Part shown: positions 61,982-64,000 of the stretch, piece by piece | Layout of the letters: every line of letters starts with the position of its first letter | Numbering within the stretch: the first letter of the stretch is position 1 | Assembly (NCBI GenBank): GCA_963666285.1 | Contig: OY762711.1 | Reading direction: 5' to 3' (one strand) | From: Sedimentisphaerales bacterium | GTDB taxonomy: Bacteria > Planctomycetota > Phycisphaerae > Sedimentisphaerales > SM23-30 | Length of the DNA: 64,000 nucleotides | Notes under the pieces: model-generated | Told to the model about the DNA's origin: nothing | Database searches by the model: none | Seen by the model: only the letters and a program-made list of their open reading frames with translations | Translations under genes and position numbers: made by a program

Positions 61982-62446
61982 ATGCAAGTTGAAAAAAAAG
62001 GCAGAATCATGCTGGTTCCTAAGATTATAATATTTGGAGTTATGATCTTTGTTGCGATACATACCTATAGCAGTATATATTTTGGTTATTGTGTTAAGCT
62101 TAAAGATGATTTTTATATTTGCTATAATGGAGATTATCAGGGAATTGAAGACCACTATCATAAAGTATTGGCTCAGGATATGGATTTATCTTCAGCAGAC
62201 AGGCTTAACTTTGATGAAGATTATATATTTGGTATCAGGCATAAACCTCATAATCAATTATCGAGCGACAATAATGACGGCGATAATGAATACTTTGTTG
62301 TTGATCTAAAGAATAATAAATTATATGCTAGCCATAGCATAGAACAAATTTCTGAGCAGTGCGGTATTACGCCAGAAAAATTTGAAGCTTTGTATCCTGT
62401 TTCCCGGTATTTTCATTATTATAGATTTTTTGGGGAGATACTTTGA
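61982..62446 (+). CDS. hypothetical membrane-anchored protein
   Basis: 154 aa, GAGGG RBS, N-terminal TM. Confidence 0.65.
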   Translation: MQVEKKGRIMLVPKIIIFGVMIFVAIHTYSSIYFGYCVKLKDDFYICYNGDYQGIEDHYHKVLAQDMDLSSADRLNFDEDYIFGIRHKPHNQLSSDNNDGDNEYFVVDLKNNKLYASHSIEQISEQCGITPEKFEALYPVSRYFHYYRFFGEIL

Positions 62447-62826
62447 TGAATCCGTTGAAATTCTGCCTTATAATATTATATTTTATTATTATACGTCTAT
62501 GTGTAAGTTTTTTTATGGTCCTAATATTGAACTATGATTTTATCCTGGAAGAAACAATTGTATATCTGTTGTTTACTCCGTTTGCTATTTCATTTTTGCT
62601 TTATGTTTTTCCTGTAAAGTTGTTTTATTCCAGAAAGGAAAAATTCATAACCGGCTGCGCACTTGCAATAGTTCATTTTGTATCAGTAACATGTGTGACT
62701 GGGTTAACGTTTAATCTTAATATGATGCTGGTTTGCCTAGGTTCGATTATTTATATTGTTGTTTTGTCTCTGGATGAAATATGTAAAATTGGTTGCTTTG
62801 AGTTATTTAAAAATACGAAATGTTAA
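62443..62826 (+). CDS. hypothetical membrane protein (4 TM)
   Basis: Hydrophobic ORF overlapping both neighbours. Confidence 0.55.
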   Translation: MMNPLKFCLIILYFIIIRLCVSFFMVLILNYDFILEETIVYLLFTPFAISFLLYVFPVKLFYSRKEKFITGCALAIVHFVSVTCVTGLTFNLNMMLVCLGSIIYIVVLSLDEICKIGCFELFKNTKC

Positions 62827-63128
62827 AAATAAAAATATCAAGAAAAGAGATTATACTGCTGGTAATGGTATATGGCTGGCTGCTGGTTTCGCTATTGCTT
62901 CAAATTGATTCGTTATTGAAGGTATTGATAAGGAATACCTTGTTTGTTGTATTAAGTAATATTGTTTTATGGGTGAACCTGGTGTTGATATTTGCTTTAC
63001 CAATAATATTTGTTGCGAATTTTAAAAGGCGATCTTTTTGTTTTTATGTTATAATTTTGGCTTTGACAGGAGTGTGTGTCAGCAGTATGCTTAATTACAA
63101 ATTTCTTATGATAATAGCCGAGGTCTGA
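62820..63128 (+). CDS. hypothetical membrane protein (3 TM)
   Basis: Hydrophobic ORF overlapping the upstream gene. Confidence 0.55.
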   Translation: MLKIKISRKEIILLVMVYGWLLVSLLLQIDSLLKVLIRNTLFVVLSNIVLWVNLVLIFALPIIFVANFKRRSFCFYVIILALTGVCVSSMLNYKFLMIIAEV

Positions 63129-63136
63129 TATTTACA

Positions 63137-63964
63137 ATGGCAGCTAATGGGATAGCTGCGGAATCTGGAGGAAAAATGCAGTCTGGTAAAATATATACGA
63201 ATTGTAATAATTGTGGTCAGAAAATAAATGCTCCCCAAGAATATGCCGGACAATATGCCAAATGTCCCAAATGCGGTAGTCCGATACTGCTGCCGAAACC
63301 GGAAAATGAGTATCAGGAAGAACCATCGCAATATGCATTCCAGGCTGATGGTAATGATCCGGTCAGCAGCGAAGCAAGTAAAGCGGTGTCGAAAAATGTC
63401 GAAGATATGTCGGAGAAGACGGCTGAACCCGCGGCAAAGCCGAGCGGCGAGCATAACAATATAGTTTTGCCGTTAAAGATCAATCCGTATATTGCCAAGG
63501 ATGAGGATATCCTGTTTTTCAGCAGGATGAGTTCAATTGTGTTAGTGTTTAACATGATCTGGATTACAGTAGTTTTGTTACCGGTGGTGTGGGATTTTTA
63601 TCGGGCGGATAAGATATTTGGTATTATTATGTTTTTGGGGTATCTTATAGCCTTGGCTATTGCATATTATCAGTATAAAAATACATTTTATATCCTGACA
63701 TCGTGCAAGGTTGTGGCTTGTGCCGGGGTCTTTAATTATGGTATAAAGATGATGCCGATCAATAAAATCGAAACAATATCCATTAACACCGGAATAATCG
63801 ACAGGGTGTTGGGGACGAATAATATTGTCCTGGCAAATGGTGCCGGCGGCGGTCTGGGTATTTTCAGTTATATACCTATGTTGAATACGCCGGGTGCGGT
63901 AAACCTGAAGTATGTAAAGAAAACGCCATATGTGGTTCAACGGATAAGTGAACGGCTGGGCTAG
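63137..63964 (+). CDS. Zn-ribbon plus bacterial PH-domain membrane protein
   Basis: CNNCG...AG..AKCPKCG; two TM; Y.LT...GVF....P..KI..I....GIIDRVLG bPH_2-like. Confidence 0.75.
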   Translation: MAANGIAAESGGKMQSGKIYTNCNNCGQKINAPQEYAGQYAKCPKCGSPILLPKPENEYQEEPSQYAFQADGNDPVSSEASKAVSKNVEDMSEKTAEPAAKPSGEHNNIVLPLKINPYIAKDEDILFFSRMSSIVLVFNMIWITVVLLPVVWDFYRADKIFGIIMFLGYLIALAIAYYQYKNTFYILTSCKVVACAGVFNYGIKMMPINKIETISINTGIIDRVLGTNNIVLANGAGGGLGIFSYIPMLNTPGAVNLKYVKKTPYVVQRISERLG

Positions 63965-64000
63965 TTTGGAGTTAGGCGTTAGAGAGTTCTAAGGCGAGAG

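Overview
AT-rich bacterial chromosome segment, most likely a planctomycete of the Phycisphaerae/Sedimentisphaerales type (inferred from the ECF-sigma/FecR-NPCBM pair, a GLUG/dockerin-like secreted protein and the NusG paralog). Core genes (nitroreductase, purN, HAD, dtd, mreB, ACT, GntR-ABC operon, tRNA-fMet, tRNA-Thr) alternate with accessory DNA. The main feature is a ~25 kb accretion island downstream of tRNA-fMet (18750-18823). Four tRNA 3'-fragment junctions (25144, 26005, 31066, 43607), each followed by the same ~110 bp terminator-plus-arm sequence, divide it into cassettes. A fifth, inverted junction lies at 15282-15546. No intact integrase is present; only two stubs of the same tyrosine-integrase C-terminus remain, each ~110 bp after a junction arm. 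Cargo is largely defence-like (SWIM+SNF2, AlbA/Schlafen-domain protein, AbiE toxin-antitoxin, a TOTE-like fragment, a type II R-M pair), plus a C10 peptidase, two IS256 copies and an IS3 disrupted by one of them. There are also several non-coding repeat families: a ~230 bp dispersed repeat, a modular hairpin+heptamer repeat, and an ~800 bp inverted repeat pair with a GC-rich core flanking a NusG-paralog/tRNA-Thr block. All family assignments are from motif recognition by eye; no searches were run.
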